NCBI RefSeq assembly: GCF_009914755.1
Contig: NC_060926.1
Reading direction: 5' to 3' (one strand)
DNA from: the human T2T-CHM13v2.0 reference genome, Homo sapiens
DNA length: 64,000 nucleotides
Part shown: in pieces, positions 47,561 to 64,000 of the stretch
Numbering within the stretch: position 1 is the stretch's first letter
How the letters are laid out: each line of letters starts with the position of its first letter
Position numbers and translations under genes: made by a program
The notes under the pieces: generated by a model
What the model saw: the letters and a program-made list of their open reading frames with translations, nothing else
The model's database searches: none
Told to the model about the DNA's origin: nothing

Positions 47561-49074
47561 GTGATATTAGGAAGAATATTACAGGGTGTACACCCACTCT
47601 GATTTTAGGAGAAATAGCTCCCTAAAATGTCACAAATAATATCACAGGGTATACAGTAATATCTCCCTAGGATATGACAGATACTATCACAGGGTGTACA
47701 CCCACTGTGATAACAGGAGTAATACGTCCCAAGGATACTAATAATATCACAAGGCCGTACACCCACTATGACTCAGGGAGTGATATCTCCCTAGGATGCT
47801 ACGAATACCATCACAGAATGTACACCCATGGTGTGCACCCACGGTGATATTAGGAGTAATGTCAACCCAGGACATAACCAATAACACCACAGGGAGTACA
47901 GACATGATGTACACCCACGGTGAAGTTACGAGAACTATCTCCCTAGGATAATACCAATAACATCACAGAGCGTACACACATGGTATACACCCACTGTGGC
48001 ACTAGGACTAATAACTTTCTAAGATAGTACGAATAGCATCAGAGAACATAAACACATGGTGTACACCCAGTGTAACTTTAGGTGTAATTTCTCCCTAGGA
48101 TGTTACGAGTAACTTCTCAGTGTGTACACACGTGGTGTACACCCACTGTGACATTAAGGGTAATATCCCCCTAGGATATGACGAGAAACATCACAGGGTG
48201 TCCACCCATGGTGTACACGCACTGTGATGTTAGGAATAATATCTCCCTAGGATATTATGAATAATACCACAGGGTGTACAGAAACTGTGATATTAGAGGT
48301 AATGTCTCTCTAGGATATGATGAATATCATCGCAGGGTGTGCACCCACTGTGATACTGGGAGCAATATCTCTCTAGGATAGTATGAATAATATCACAGAG
48401 TGTACACCCACTGTGATATTAGGAGAAATATCTCTCTGGGATATTACGAATTATATCACAGAGTGTACACACATGGTGTACATCCACTTTGATATTAGGA
48501 GTAATATCTTCCTAGGACATTACAAAGAACATCGCAGAGTGTACACCCACTGGAATATTAGGAGTCGTATCTCCCTAGGTGATTACAAATAATATCACAG
48601 GGTGTACACCCACTGTGATATCAGGAGTAATATCTTCCTAGGTTATTACGAATAATTTCACAGTGTGTACACACATGGTGTACACTCACTGTGATCTTAG
48701 GAGTAATATCTACCGAGTAGATAACATAGAACATCACAGGGTGTACACCCACTTTGATATTAGCTGTAATATTTTTCTAAGTTGTTACAAATAATATCAC
48801 AGGGCGTACAAACAGGGTGTACACTCACTGTGATATCAGGAGTCGTATCTCCATAATATATTATGAATAATATCACAGGGTGTACACCCACTGTATTATT
48901 AGGAGTGATATCTCTGTAGGATATTACAATTAATACCCCAGGGTGTGCAGCCACTGTGATATTAGGAGCAACATCTTTCTAGGATATCACAGACAATATC
49001 ACAGGGTGTACGCCCACTCTGATGTCAGGAGCAATATCCCCCTAGGATATCCAAAATAATATCACAGGGTGTAC
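47561..49074 (+). repeat. Satellite array, ~61 bp unit (SATR family)
   Basis: aatatcacagggtgtacacccactgtgatattaggag units. Confidence 0.9.
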
Positions 49075-49292
49075 AATCTCTGCCTTCCAGGTTCTAAGGG
49101 ATTCTCCTGCTTCAGCCTCCCGAGTAGCTAGAGTTACCCGCCACCAGGCCCGGCTAATTGTTTTTTATTTTCACTAGAGATGGGGTTTCACCGCGTTGGC
49201 CAAGCTGGTCTGGAACTCCTGACCTCAGGTGATCCGTCGGCCTCGGCCACCCAAAGTGCTGGGATTACAGGTGTGAGCCATGGCGCTCGGCC
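49075..49292 (-). mobile_element. Alu truncated at its 3' end by the satellite
   Basis: Reverse Alu missing its tail and terminal ~60 bp, fused directly to the satellite. Confidence 0.88.
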
Positions 49293-49952
49293 AAGAGTTA
49301 TATATTCAATTAATTTGGAAACACAGCTCCCATATTTGAGTGTGCATGTACTTTTATGAAGAAATGATGTCAGAAAACCTAAGGATGATAATAAATATGA
49401 AAAGTAACTGGCATGTTAAAAGGTCTTCAGATAAAGAACTCTAAGCTTCGATTTCATTTTTAGATAATGCGGTCCTAGCTCTTGTATCATCCTTTTCCAT
49501 ATTCTACATCAAAGGAATTTGTCGCACGGTGTCAGAATAAAACAGAGTGTATTTCACTGCTTCTTAATTTCTTTCAATTAGGCTGACATCTTTTTCTTAA
49601 AGACAGAAGAGCATCTTCATTGCGTTTTATTCTTTCTGAAAAGAGTAGGCCGTATTTTACTGAGATCACGGATTTGTTATATATTATGTTTTGGTCTTCT
49701 AACATTCTTCAGTGGATTTTCTCTAAAGTAGTACATACAGAAGGAGTTGAATAGAAAACAGTAAATCATCATGGAATAATTCTGGGATTTTTGGGTTTGT
49801 CACAACTGAGAAATATTGCTGACGGTGTATGGTCCTCAAGTGTGAAAATGTTCCTTGTGAATTGCTTGCATCCAAAATATACACACAGCATTAAGGGCTG
49901 GTTTTTATCTTTTATTTTTCCAACCTTCTTTTCTTCCCAAGGTGTCCAAGTC

Positions 49953-50940
49953 ACACAGAGCCACGGAATCTCACAGGAGCCTGAGAACTCCTCCTCCTGG
50001 GACTCTCAGAGGATCCAGAACTGCAGCCCATCCTCGCTGGGCTGTCCCTGTCCATGTATCTGGTCACGGTGCTGAGGAACCTCCTCATCAGCCTGGCTGT
50101 CAGCTCTGACTCCCACCTCCACACCCCAATGTGCTTCTTCCTCTCCAACCTGTGCTGGGCTGACATCGGTTTCACCTCGGCCACGGTTCCCAAGATGATT
50201 GTGGACATGCGGTCGCATAGCGGAGTCATCTCTTATGCGGACTGCCTGACACGGATGTCTTTCTTGGTCCTTTTTGCATGTGTAGAAGACATGCTCCTGA
50301 CTGTGATGGCCTATGACTGTTTTGTAGCCATCTGTCGCCCTCTGCACTACCCAGTCATCGTGAATCCTCACCTCTGTGTCTTCTTAGTTTCGGTGTCCTT
50401 TTCCTTAGCCTGTTGGATTCCCAGCTGCGCAGTTGGATTGTGTTGCAATTCACCTTCTTCAAGAATGTGGAAATCTCTAATTTTGTCTGTGACCCATCTC
50501 AACCTCTCAAGCTTGCCTGTTCTGACAGCATCATCGATAGCATGTTCATATATTTCGATAGTACTATGTTTGGTTTTCTTCCCATTTCAGGGATCCTTTT
50601 GTCTTACTATAAAATTGTCCCCTCCATTCTAAGGATTTCATCGTCAGATGGGTAGTATAAAGCCTTCTCCGCCTGTGGCTCTCACCTGCCAGTTGTTTGC
50701 TTATTTTATGGAACAGGCATTGGCGTGTACCTGACTTCAGCTGTGGCACCACCCCTCAGGAATGGTGTGGTGGCGTCAGTGACGTATGCTGTGGTCACCC
50801 CCATGCTGAACCCTTTCATCTACAGCCTGAGAAACAGGGACATTCAAAGCGCCCTGTGGAGGCTGCGCAGCAGAACAGTCAAATCTCATGATCTGTTCCA
50901 TCCTTTTTCTTGTGTGGGTAAGAAAGGGCAAGCACATTAA
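49953..50940 (+). pseudogene. OR7E91P: Olfactory receptor family 7E pseudogene (likely OR7E91P by recalled position)
   Basis: [52 protein letters not shown]; frameshift near 50400 and TAG at 50653-50655. Symbol from memory of the locus. Confidence 0.8.
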
Positions 50941-51794
50941 ATCCCTACATCTGCAAATCCTGCCCCTTAGTCACATTATTTTTGTGGCTTGATGGCTTTT
51001 ATTTCTTTCCGCGTTTCCTATGTGAATATTGTTTTCTTCGTTATGCCTTTAACTGGAAGGGGTGAGGATTCTGGGATCCTTTGTTTAGCAGAAACCTCAT
51101 GACTGAATCCTCTATACCTAGGTGGCCTCCTTTAGTTTCTGAGCAATAACCCTGTCATCCAGGTGGAATCACAACCTTCTTTTTATATACGTGAAGTCCT
51201 CCCTTCATTTTGGAATTCCCTGAAAATTGACTTTATGGAAGCAATGTACAGCAGGTCCTCCAACACCATTGGTGCATTCAAAGTTGTGTAGTTATAATGT
51301 TGGTGAGGAATAACTGGTTTCACTCTACCTAATTTTGCTTAAAGGTGAAGTTTCCAAGAGACTTCCAAAGATGTTAAGTGAGGACATACTGTATATCAAA
51401 TTCATATCCTCTTCCAGAGTTCATGTGGAATTTCTTTATAAACTGCTTCTAGAGAATCTATTTGGGCAGGTTATGTGTAGAGATCCATGTCACTGGTCCT
51501 CAAGTTTGGCTTTGAGTCAAATCACCTGAGGAGCTTACAATTGATGAGGCCTGGGTCTCATTACCTGAGATTCTGATTTCCCTGCACCTGTGTGAGTATG
51601 TGGATTTTTTTTTTTTTTTTTTAAAGCACCAGAGGTGCTTGCAATGACAAAGTTTTTAGAGGCATCAAGCTCTAATGAGTAAGAACAGAAGTTAATTGTA
51701 ATATGATTTCTTCAAATATTATCCTGAAATGCATTGTCCATCAACACCATACAAATGTTTATTATGCTGTTGTTTCTTACCATTTAGCATTTTC

Positions 51795-52160
<366 letters not shown>

Positions 52161-52532
52161 ACCACTTAGCATTTTCATTTTACATTTGTTGAAATTATAG
52201 ATTTATACACACTTTGATTGCTGCTTTGTTATACACTTGCATATACATAAGATGGGAAATAGAAAAGAATAAAACGGGCACAGTATCCCTGAAGTTTCAC
52301 ATTCCGAGACATGTTAAAAACATTTGGTTTTTAGAAATTTGTTTCAATTGAGAAACTGTGGTATACACACACAATGAAGTATTATTCAGCCTAAAAAGGA
52401 ATAAACGAAATCCTCTCCACTGCAGACAAAATGGATGAGATTGCAGGTCTGTATGTTAAGTGAAATAAGCTAGGCACAGAATGACAAATATTTCATATCA
52501 TCACTTCTAGGTAGGAACAGAAAAGAAAATCT

Positions 52533-52807
52533 TGGCCAGGTGTGGTGGCTCAGGCCTGTAATCCCAGCACTGTGGGAGGCCGAGTCGCACGGATCACTTG
52601 AGGCCAGGAGTTCGAGACCCACCTGGCCAACATGGTGAAACCCCGTCTCTACTGAAAACACAAACAATTAGCTGGGCGTGGTGACGCGTGCCTGTAGTCT
52701 CAGCTACTCGGAGGGCTGAGGCCCAAGAAGCGCTTGAACTTGGGAGGTGGAGGTTGCAGTGAGCCCGGATTGTGCCTGTATACTCCAACCTGGGCAACAG
52801 AAAGAGA

Positions 52808-52812
<5 letters not shown>
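52533..52812 (+). mobile_element. Alu (no A-tail; runs into CA-rich sequence)
   Basis: Alu consensus. Confidence 0.9.
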
Positions 52813-56179
<3,367 letters not shown>

Positions 56180-56872
56180 TCTAAACTATTCCCTCAGAAC
56201 AACAAAAAGATGATGAAGCTGATGATGAGGTTAAAGAGGATGATGACAGACACCATGGCATCATGAACCCTAACTGAGGGCTTCCTGAAGGCCAGGCTCT
56301 GAGCTCTGTGCTCTATGCAGCTTGTTTCATTTCATCTGCGTAGTCTCCCAGTTATTCGTGCACATTTCATGATTATTTTACAGACTAGAAAAGGAGCAAC
56401 ACATTTTCATATAACTTGTACCAGATCATGAAGTCAAAAAGGGTGAAGCCCAATTTGAACCAGGCAGTCTAAGGCCAGACACATGGCATTTGGCCAGTCC
56501 TCTCCCTGCATCCAACCTGCCCTCTCAAATCCTTGTCACTCAGGCCGATGCCCCGGCTCACTGTGCCCTTCCCTTTGGGGGTTCCTTGTAGACCACAGCT
56601 AGACCAGTGGGTGCCACAATCACTGTGTCAAGTATGGAAAGGGCAGCTGAGATCACATCAAAGATTGCAGAAAGAATTGGCACAGGATCACTCGGGATGC
56701 ATCTCTCCCTTGCCCCTTTCCTGGCTTTCCTTACAGCTCTCGACTTCCTCAAAGGAGTCATACATTCGGGGTTTGGCTTCCATTCCTATTGAGGAAGCTG
56801 GAAACCATTTCAAAAATGCTCCTCAGATGTGCCCGTGATTAAGACCTCTGAGCTCTGTTGAAAACTTGTGGA

Positions 56873-57228
<356 letters not shown>

Positions 57229-57759
57229 TCAAGTATAGTGCCCAGGACTTAGAGTCTGGCCATTAATTTTCAGTACCACCCTTTCTACTTATCTGTATGG
57301 CAAGGGGTGAGACGTCCATCCTCTGAGACTCAGCACTCTCATCTGAGTTGATTTCTAGTTGATCCAATGGAAGTGAGCGATGATTAAACCGATCGTGGGT
57401 GCCTGCTGCGTGATCTCTATGTGATGGATGCGTAAAGTAAAGGCAAAGTGAATTTTAGATACATTCGTTAGTATTTTAAGCTTAAACTCCATACGGTTCA
57501 ACGGAAATGTCCCCTGACCTGAAGTTCTGGTTTCCCTGCATTCCGGACAGGACATTTTATTTTGTCCTTATCTCAGTAAGTACTGAGTATTGTGAGAGGA
57601 ACAAGTGAGTCTCTTTTGTTTCTGATTCCCCAGAGCCTATATCTTGCTTGGCATCAAGGAGACAGCAAAGTAAACATCTATGTGAATTGTTGAATTGACA
57701 CTTCCTTGGTTCACAAAAATTGGCTGTCATCGGTGTGACGTCAGTGTGACAGAGCGTGT

Positions 57760-58064
<305 letters not shown>

Positions 58065-58744
58065 AAACGTTCTGATGAAAACTCTAAGTCCACCGAAGCT
58101 AAGGACAGGAGTTACAGCTTACATGAATTTTAAAACAAGACCCACCGATTTGAGTAAGAAATTACTCTCTTGAAGGAGAAAAGTCAGAAAACATATTGAT
58201 GACATCACTAGGACCTAACTGGCCTGTGGAACTATTTTCTGCTTATGAACTATCAACTTTAATTTCATTTCCAGATGGCATGGTCTCAGCAGTTATACAG
58301 TGTTTACAGATGTTCTAAATCAAGGGAATTTCTATCAATCTCTTCGAATAAAATAAAATATTTGAGTTCTTAATTTCCTTTCACTAGGATAACCTTTTTC
58401 TTACAGTGAAGAGAATGGTTTTATTACATAGTTTCCTTCGGTAAAGATAGGCTGTCTTTTCTAGCAATTATGAATTTGTTATATATGATGATCTGGTTCT
58501 TGGAACATTCTTGAATCTAGTGTCTCTGAGGCAGGTGTGTACAGCAAGAAGTGAATAACACAGAAATCAATGATGAAAGCATTAGAAGACAATTGAGTTT
58601 GTCAGAACTGCAAAGTATTGCTGAATGTGGCTTGCTCTGAAATCTGAAAACATTACTTGCGAATTGTTTCTATCCAAAATGCAGACACGATGCTGGGTGT
58701 TGGTTTACTTGTTTCCGATTTCTCAATCCTCTTTTCTAGGCAAA

Positions 58745-59760
58745 AGGTGTCCAATCTCTACAGACCCACAGAATCTAACAGATGTCTCTATATTCCTCCT
58801 CCGAGAACCTCAGAGGATCCAGAATGGCAGCTGGTCCTTGCTGGGCTGTTCCTGTCCATGTGCCTGGTAACGGTGCTGGGGAACCTGCTCATCATCCTGG
58901 CCGTCAGCCCTGACTCCCACCTCCACACCCCCATGTACTTCTTCCTCTCCAACCTGTCCTTGCCTGACATCGGTTTCACCTCCACCACGGTAGCCAAGAT
59001 GATTGTGGACATCCAATCTCACAGCAGAGTCATCTCCTATGCAGGCTGCCTGACTCAGATGTCTCCCTTTGCCATTTTTGGAGTCATGGAAGAGAGACAC
59101 GCTCCTGAGTGTGATGGCCTCTGACCGCTTTGTAGCCATCTGTCACCCTCTATATCATTCAGCCATCATGAACCCGTGTTTCTGTGGCTTTCTAGTTTTG
59201 TTGTCTTTTTTTTTTTTTTTCTGTCTTTTAGATGCCCAGCTGCACAACTTGATTGCCTTACAAATGACCTGCTTCAAGGATGTGGAAATTCCTAATTTCT
59301 TCTGTGACCCTTCTCAACTCCCCCATCTTGCATGTTGTGACACCTTCACCAATAACATAATCATGTATTTCCCTGCTGCCATATTTGGTTTTCTTCCCAT
59401 CTCGGGTTCCCTTTTCTCTTACTATAAAATTGTTTCCTCCATTCTGAGGGTTTCATCATCAGGTGGGAAGTATTAGGCCTTCTCCTCCTGTGGGTCTCAC
59501 CTGTCAGTTGTTTGCTGATTTTATGGAACAGGCGTTGGAGGGTACCTCAGTTGAGATGTGTCATCTTCCCCGAGGAAGGTTGCAGTGGCCTCAGTGATGT
59601 ACATGGTGGTCACCCCTATGCTGAACCCCTTTGTCTACAGCCTGAGAAACAGGGATATTAAAAGTGTCCTGCGGTGGCCGCACGGCAGCACGGTCTAATC
59701 TCAATATCTTCTTATCTGTTCCATTCCTTTTGTAGTGTAGGTTAAAAAGGCAGCAAGGTC
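58745..59760 (+). pseudogene. Second OR7E olfactory receptor pseudogene (possibly OR7E46P)
   Basis: [49 protein letters not shown]; frameshift near 59090, poly(T) run, TAG at 59474-59476 and further stops. Confidence 0.88.
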
Positions 59761-59764
59761 AAAT

Positions 59765-62700
59765 AAGAATGATATCACAGGGTGAACACCCACTGTGATA
59801 TTAGGAGTAATACCTCCCTAGGATATAGAATATTCTGTCACAGAGTATAGACACATGGGGTACACCCACCGTGATATTAGAAGCAATATCTCCCTAAAGT
59901 AGGAGGAAAAATATCACAGGGTGTGCATACTGTGTGATATGAGGAGTAATATTTACCCTGGATATTACAACTAATATCAAGGGTGTACACACACGGGGTA
60001 CACGCACTGTGATATCAGGAGTTGTATGTCCCTAGGATATTACGAATACTATCACAGGGTATACACTATGTGTGTACATCCACTGTGATATTTGAAGTAA
60101 TATCTCTCTATGAGATTATAAATAACATCAAAGCGTGTACACCCCTGTGACATATTGGAGTAACATCCTTCTAGGGTATTACAGATAACGTCACAACGTG
60201 TACACCTTCTGGGACGTTTTGTACACTCTTTGTGACATTAAAAGAAACATCCCCCTAGGATATTATGAATAATAACACAGGAGGGGTACACACATGGTGT
60301 ACACCGCCTGTGTCATCAGGTGTAACATTCCCCTAGGATATTACGAATAATATCACAGCAGGTGTACACACATAGTGTACACCCCATGCGACATTCGGAA
60401 GAGCATGCCCCTAGGATATTAGGAATAGTATCACAGGCGTTGAATACGCATTTTTAATGTGTAACGTCACCCCCGGTGACATTAAAAATAACATCCCCCT
60501 TGGATATTATGAATAATATGACAGGGAGTACACCCCACGTGACATTAGGAGTAACATCCCCCGAGGATATAATGAATAATATCAGAGGGTGTACATGCAT
60601 TGTGACCTTAGTAGTAACATCTCTTTAGGATATTACAAATAATATCACAGGGTGTACAGGCATTGTGACATTAGTAGTAACATCCCGCTGGGATATGATG
60701 AGTCATATCACAGGGTGTACACCCCCGTGACAATAGTAGCAACATTCCCCTAGAATATTACGAATAATATCACAGGAGGTACAGCCCCTGTGATTTACGA
60801 GTAACATGTCTATAGAATATTACAACTCATATCACTGTGTGACTCTGGGTACACCCCGTGTGACTTTAGGAGTAACATCCCACAAAACTATGACGAAAAA
60901 TATCACAGGGTGAACACCCCCTGTGACCTGAGGAATAACATAGTTTTAGGATATTATCAATGATGTGACAAGGTGTACACCCCCTGTGACGTTAGGAGCA
61001 ATATCCGTCTAGGATGTTAGGAAGAGTATCACACGGAACACACCCCCTGTGACATTAGGATATGACAAATAATATCACAAGGTGTACACGCATCGTGACA
61101 TTAGTGCTAATATCCCTCTGGTACACTATGAATAATATCACAGGGTGTACATTCCTGTGACATTAGGAGTAACATCCCCCTAGAATAGTAAGAATAATAA
61201 CACGGAGTGTACACCCCCTGTGACATGAGGAGTATCATCTCGCTAGAATATTATGAATAATGTCACAGGGTGTTATCGTCTGTGCCAATAGGAGTATAGA
61301 CCCCTGGGAAATTATGAATACTATCACAGGGTGTACAGCCCTGTGACATTAGGAGTAACATCTTTCTAGAATATCACGAATAATATCACAATGTGTACAC
61401 CCACTGTGTCATTAAAAGTAACATTGCCCTAGGATATGATGAAATAGAACACAGGGAGTAGACCACTTGTGACATTACAAGTAACATCCCCCGAGGATAT
61501 AACCAATAAGATCGGAGAATGTACCTGCATTGGGACATCAGGAGTAACATCTCTTCAGGACAATACGAATAATATCAAAGGGTGTACACGCATTGTGAAA
61601 TTAGTAGTGAACTCCCGCTAGGATTTTAGGAATTTTATGACAGGGTTTACAGGCCCTGTGACATTAGCAGTAACGTTTTCCTAGAAGATTACGAAGAATA
61701 GTAAAAGGTGGACAGGACCTGTGAATTACGAGTAACATTTCCATAGCATATCGGACGTAACATCACTGTGTGCACACGCCGTGTGACATTAGGGGTAACA
61801 TCCCACAAAATTATAGCGAATAATTTCACAAGGTGTGCAACCTCTGTGACATTAAAAGTAACATTTCCCTAGAATATGACGACAATATCACAGAGTGTAC
61901 ACCCTCTGTGATATAAGGAGTGACATCTTATGACGTTAATACGACTAATTTGACAAGGCGTACAAACCCTGTGACATAAGGAGTGACATCCCTCTAGGAC
62001 ATTATGAATACTATCAAAAGGAACATACCCCATGTGACAATAAAAGCAACCTCTCCTTAGGAGAATAAGAATAACACCACAAGGTGTACACACAATGTGA
62101 CATTATTACTAAGGTAAAGGTAGGATATTGGGAATAACATCACAGTATACAGAGTCCTGTGACATCAGGTTTACAATTCCCCTACAAAATTACGAATAAT
62201 ATTGAAGGCTGTATACCCCCCGCGACTTTAGCAGCCGCATCTTGCTAGAATATGGAAGATAATGTCCCAGGGTGCGAACCGAGGGTGGCAGTATAGAAAG
62301 GATCCTAGGAAAAATCAGGAAGTAAGAGCCAGCCCCTCTTCCCCACCCTGGCTCTTAGGACCCCCATTGCAGGGGGGTGAGGCACCACCCGCGATGCGGG
62401 GAGTAAGAAAGAGCCAGCCCCTCTTCCCCCCCGGCTCTTAGGACCCCCATCGCAAGGCGGGTGAGGCACCCACCACGATGCGGGGAGTAAGAGCCACCCC
62501 CTCTTCTCCCCCTGGTTTTTAGGATCAGCGGTGGACTCACAGCCTGTTTACCATATTGTGAGTAATATCATCTCCCCCTCTGGAGACTATGAACTGTTTC
62601 ACAGACGGGTGTACACCCTCGGTGTATGGAGGGTGTTCACCCGTCTGTTTTGGGAGTAATATCATCCTCTTCCCCCCTGAATATTAAGAACAGTATCACA

Positions 62701-63440
62701 GGGGTGTTTCTACTCCCTGCGATGTCGCGTGTCATATCCTCGTCTCCCACGTTGCAATTAGAAACAATATCAGTGGGGGCGTGTCCACCTTCTGTCGTTT
62801 TGAAGGTAATATCATCGTCTTGCCTCCAGGATCATGGGAACAATATCCCTGAGGGGTGTCCACTTTCTGCCATATATGTCGTCATATCACCCCCTCCGCC
62901 TTGGAATATTATTAAGGACCATCTCACATGGAGGTGTACACTTCCTGCGATATTGGGAGTAATATCAACCTCTGGGCCTCTGAATATTAGGAAGAATATC
63001 ACAGGGTGGGTGTACACCTCCTGCTCTATTATGGGGAGCCATATCTATCTATTATGGGGAGTAATATATCCTCTCCCTTTCAGGATATTAATAACAATTT
63101 CACAGGCTGGGTGAACACACCCTGCGATGCTGCAATTATTGTCATCCTCTCCCCCTCGGGTTACTAGGAACAATATCACAGAAGAGGTGTACACTCCCTG
63201 CGATATTGGGAGTAATATCATACGCTTCTTCCGTGAATATTAGGAACAATATCACCGGGTGGCTGTACAATCATTGCTATGTTGGCAGTCATGTAATACT
63301 CTACCCGCTGGGTATTAGGATCGGTGTCACAGGGTGAGTGTACACCTACTGTGATATGAAAACTAATATCATGCTCTCCATCCCTGGATATTAGGAACAA
63401 TATCACAGGTAGTTGTACACCCCCTGCGGCATTAGCAGTA
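59765..63440 (+). repeat. Satellite array (~61 bp units to ~62310, GC-rich variant at ~62320-62525, then ~75 bp units)
   Basis: Same units and order as 33304-41070; e.g. 61230 matches 39147. Confidence 0.9.
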
Positions 63441-63830
63441 ATAATATTATGAATTATTAAACATCAGTCTTGTTAATAATTAGCCATGGTAGTATTAATT
63501 AATAGTATAACGTTATTAATCATTAATGATTATTTTCAAGATAGGATTATGCATGATTAACGTTAATTATTAATATTAATGTCACTTTTATTATTAGTTA
63601 TTAATCTTAATATTAATTATTACTTTATTACCAACATCACTTATGATTGATTGAAGTAACTTTAATTACTGATATCATTATTGTATTATTAATAGTGATA
63701 TTGCTATTAATTATTAATAGTAACCCTTAATATTTTTAATCCCGATGTTTTATTGTCTCTACTGTAATTATTAATATCGATGATTACTATTAATTGTTAT
63801 TATATTTATTAATATTAATAATTGAGATAA
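63441..63830. repeat. AT-rich low-complexity tract
   Basis: Overwhelmingly A/T, short palindromes. Confidence 0.9.
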
Positions 63831-64000
63831 CTGTTCCCGATATCCGTGGGGGAGAGGATATTACTCCCAATATCGCAGAAAGTGGACACCCCTCTATGAT
63901 GTTACTCCTAATAGCCAGAGGGTAGAAGATGACATTATTGAAAATATCGCAGTGTCGCAGTGGGTGTACATCCCTTCGGTCATCTTGTTCCTAATATCCT
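63831..64000 (-). repeat. SATR-type satellite in inverted orientation
   Basis: ggagaggatattactcccaatatcgcag is the reverse complement of the unit ctgcgatattgggagtaatatcctctcc. Confidence 0.85.

Noticed and set aside
45540-48954. Repetitive ORFs (ILGVISSSP/DIRNNITGG)
   Set aside because: Translations of satellite units in all frames.

Overview
This is primate, almost certainly human, genomic DNA. The gene order matches what I recall for chr2p13 (ANKRD53 - TEX261 - OR7E pseudogenes). Left ~16 kb: coding exons 2-6 of ANKRD53 (+) converge tail-to-tail on a complete 6-exon, 196-codon TEX261 (-) with a CpG-island promoter. All splice junctions were checked for GT/AG and frame. 16-30 kb: Alu/L1/L2/MIR-rich intergenic DNA with a strong CTCF-like motif and a local ~0.5 kb duplication. 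From ~29.9 kb to the end: an OR7E-type segmental-duplication mosaic. It holds a 3.4 kb block repeated 22.9 kb later, and long arrays of a self-palindromic satellite (SATR1/SATR2-like, units of ~61 and ~75 bp with a TGTACA-centred hairpin). It also holds an LTR-less, env-less, dead class I (HERV-E-like) gag-pro-pol fragment embedded in that satellite, two OR7E pseudogenes, and AT-rich tracts, one of which is the centre of a satellite inversion. I found no prokaryote-type system, and the palindromic array is not CRISPR. Best leads: the satellite/AT-rich/ERV architecture, an ANKRD53 cassette exon whose stop codon is created only by splicing, and an in-frame duplicated ANKRD53 acceptor. Repeat subfamily names, pseudogene numbers and identity levels come from recall or by-eye comparison, not from computation.
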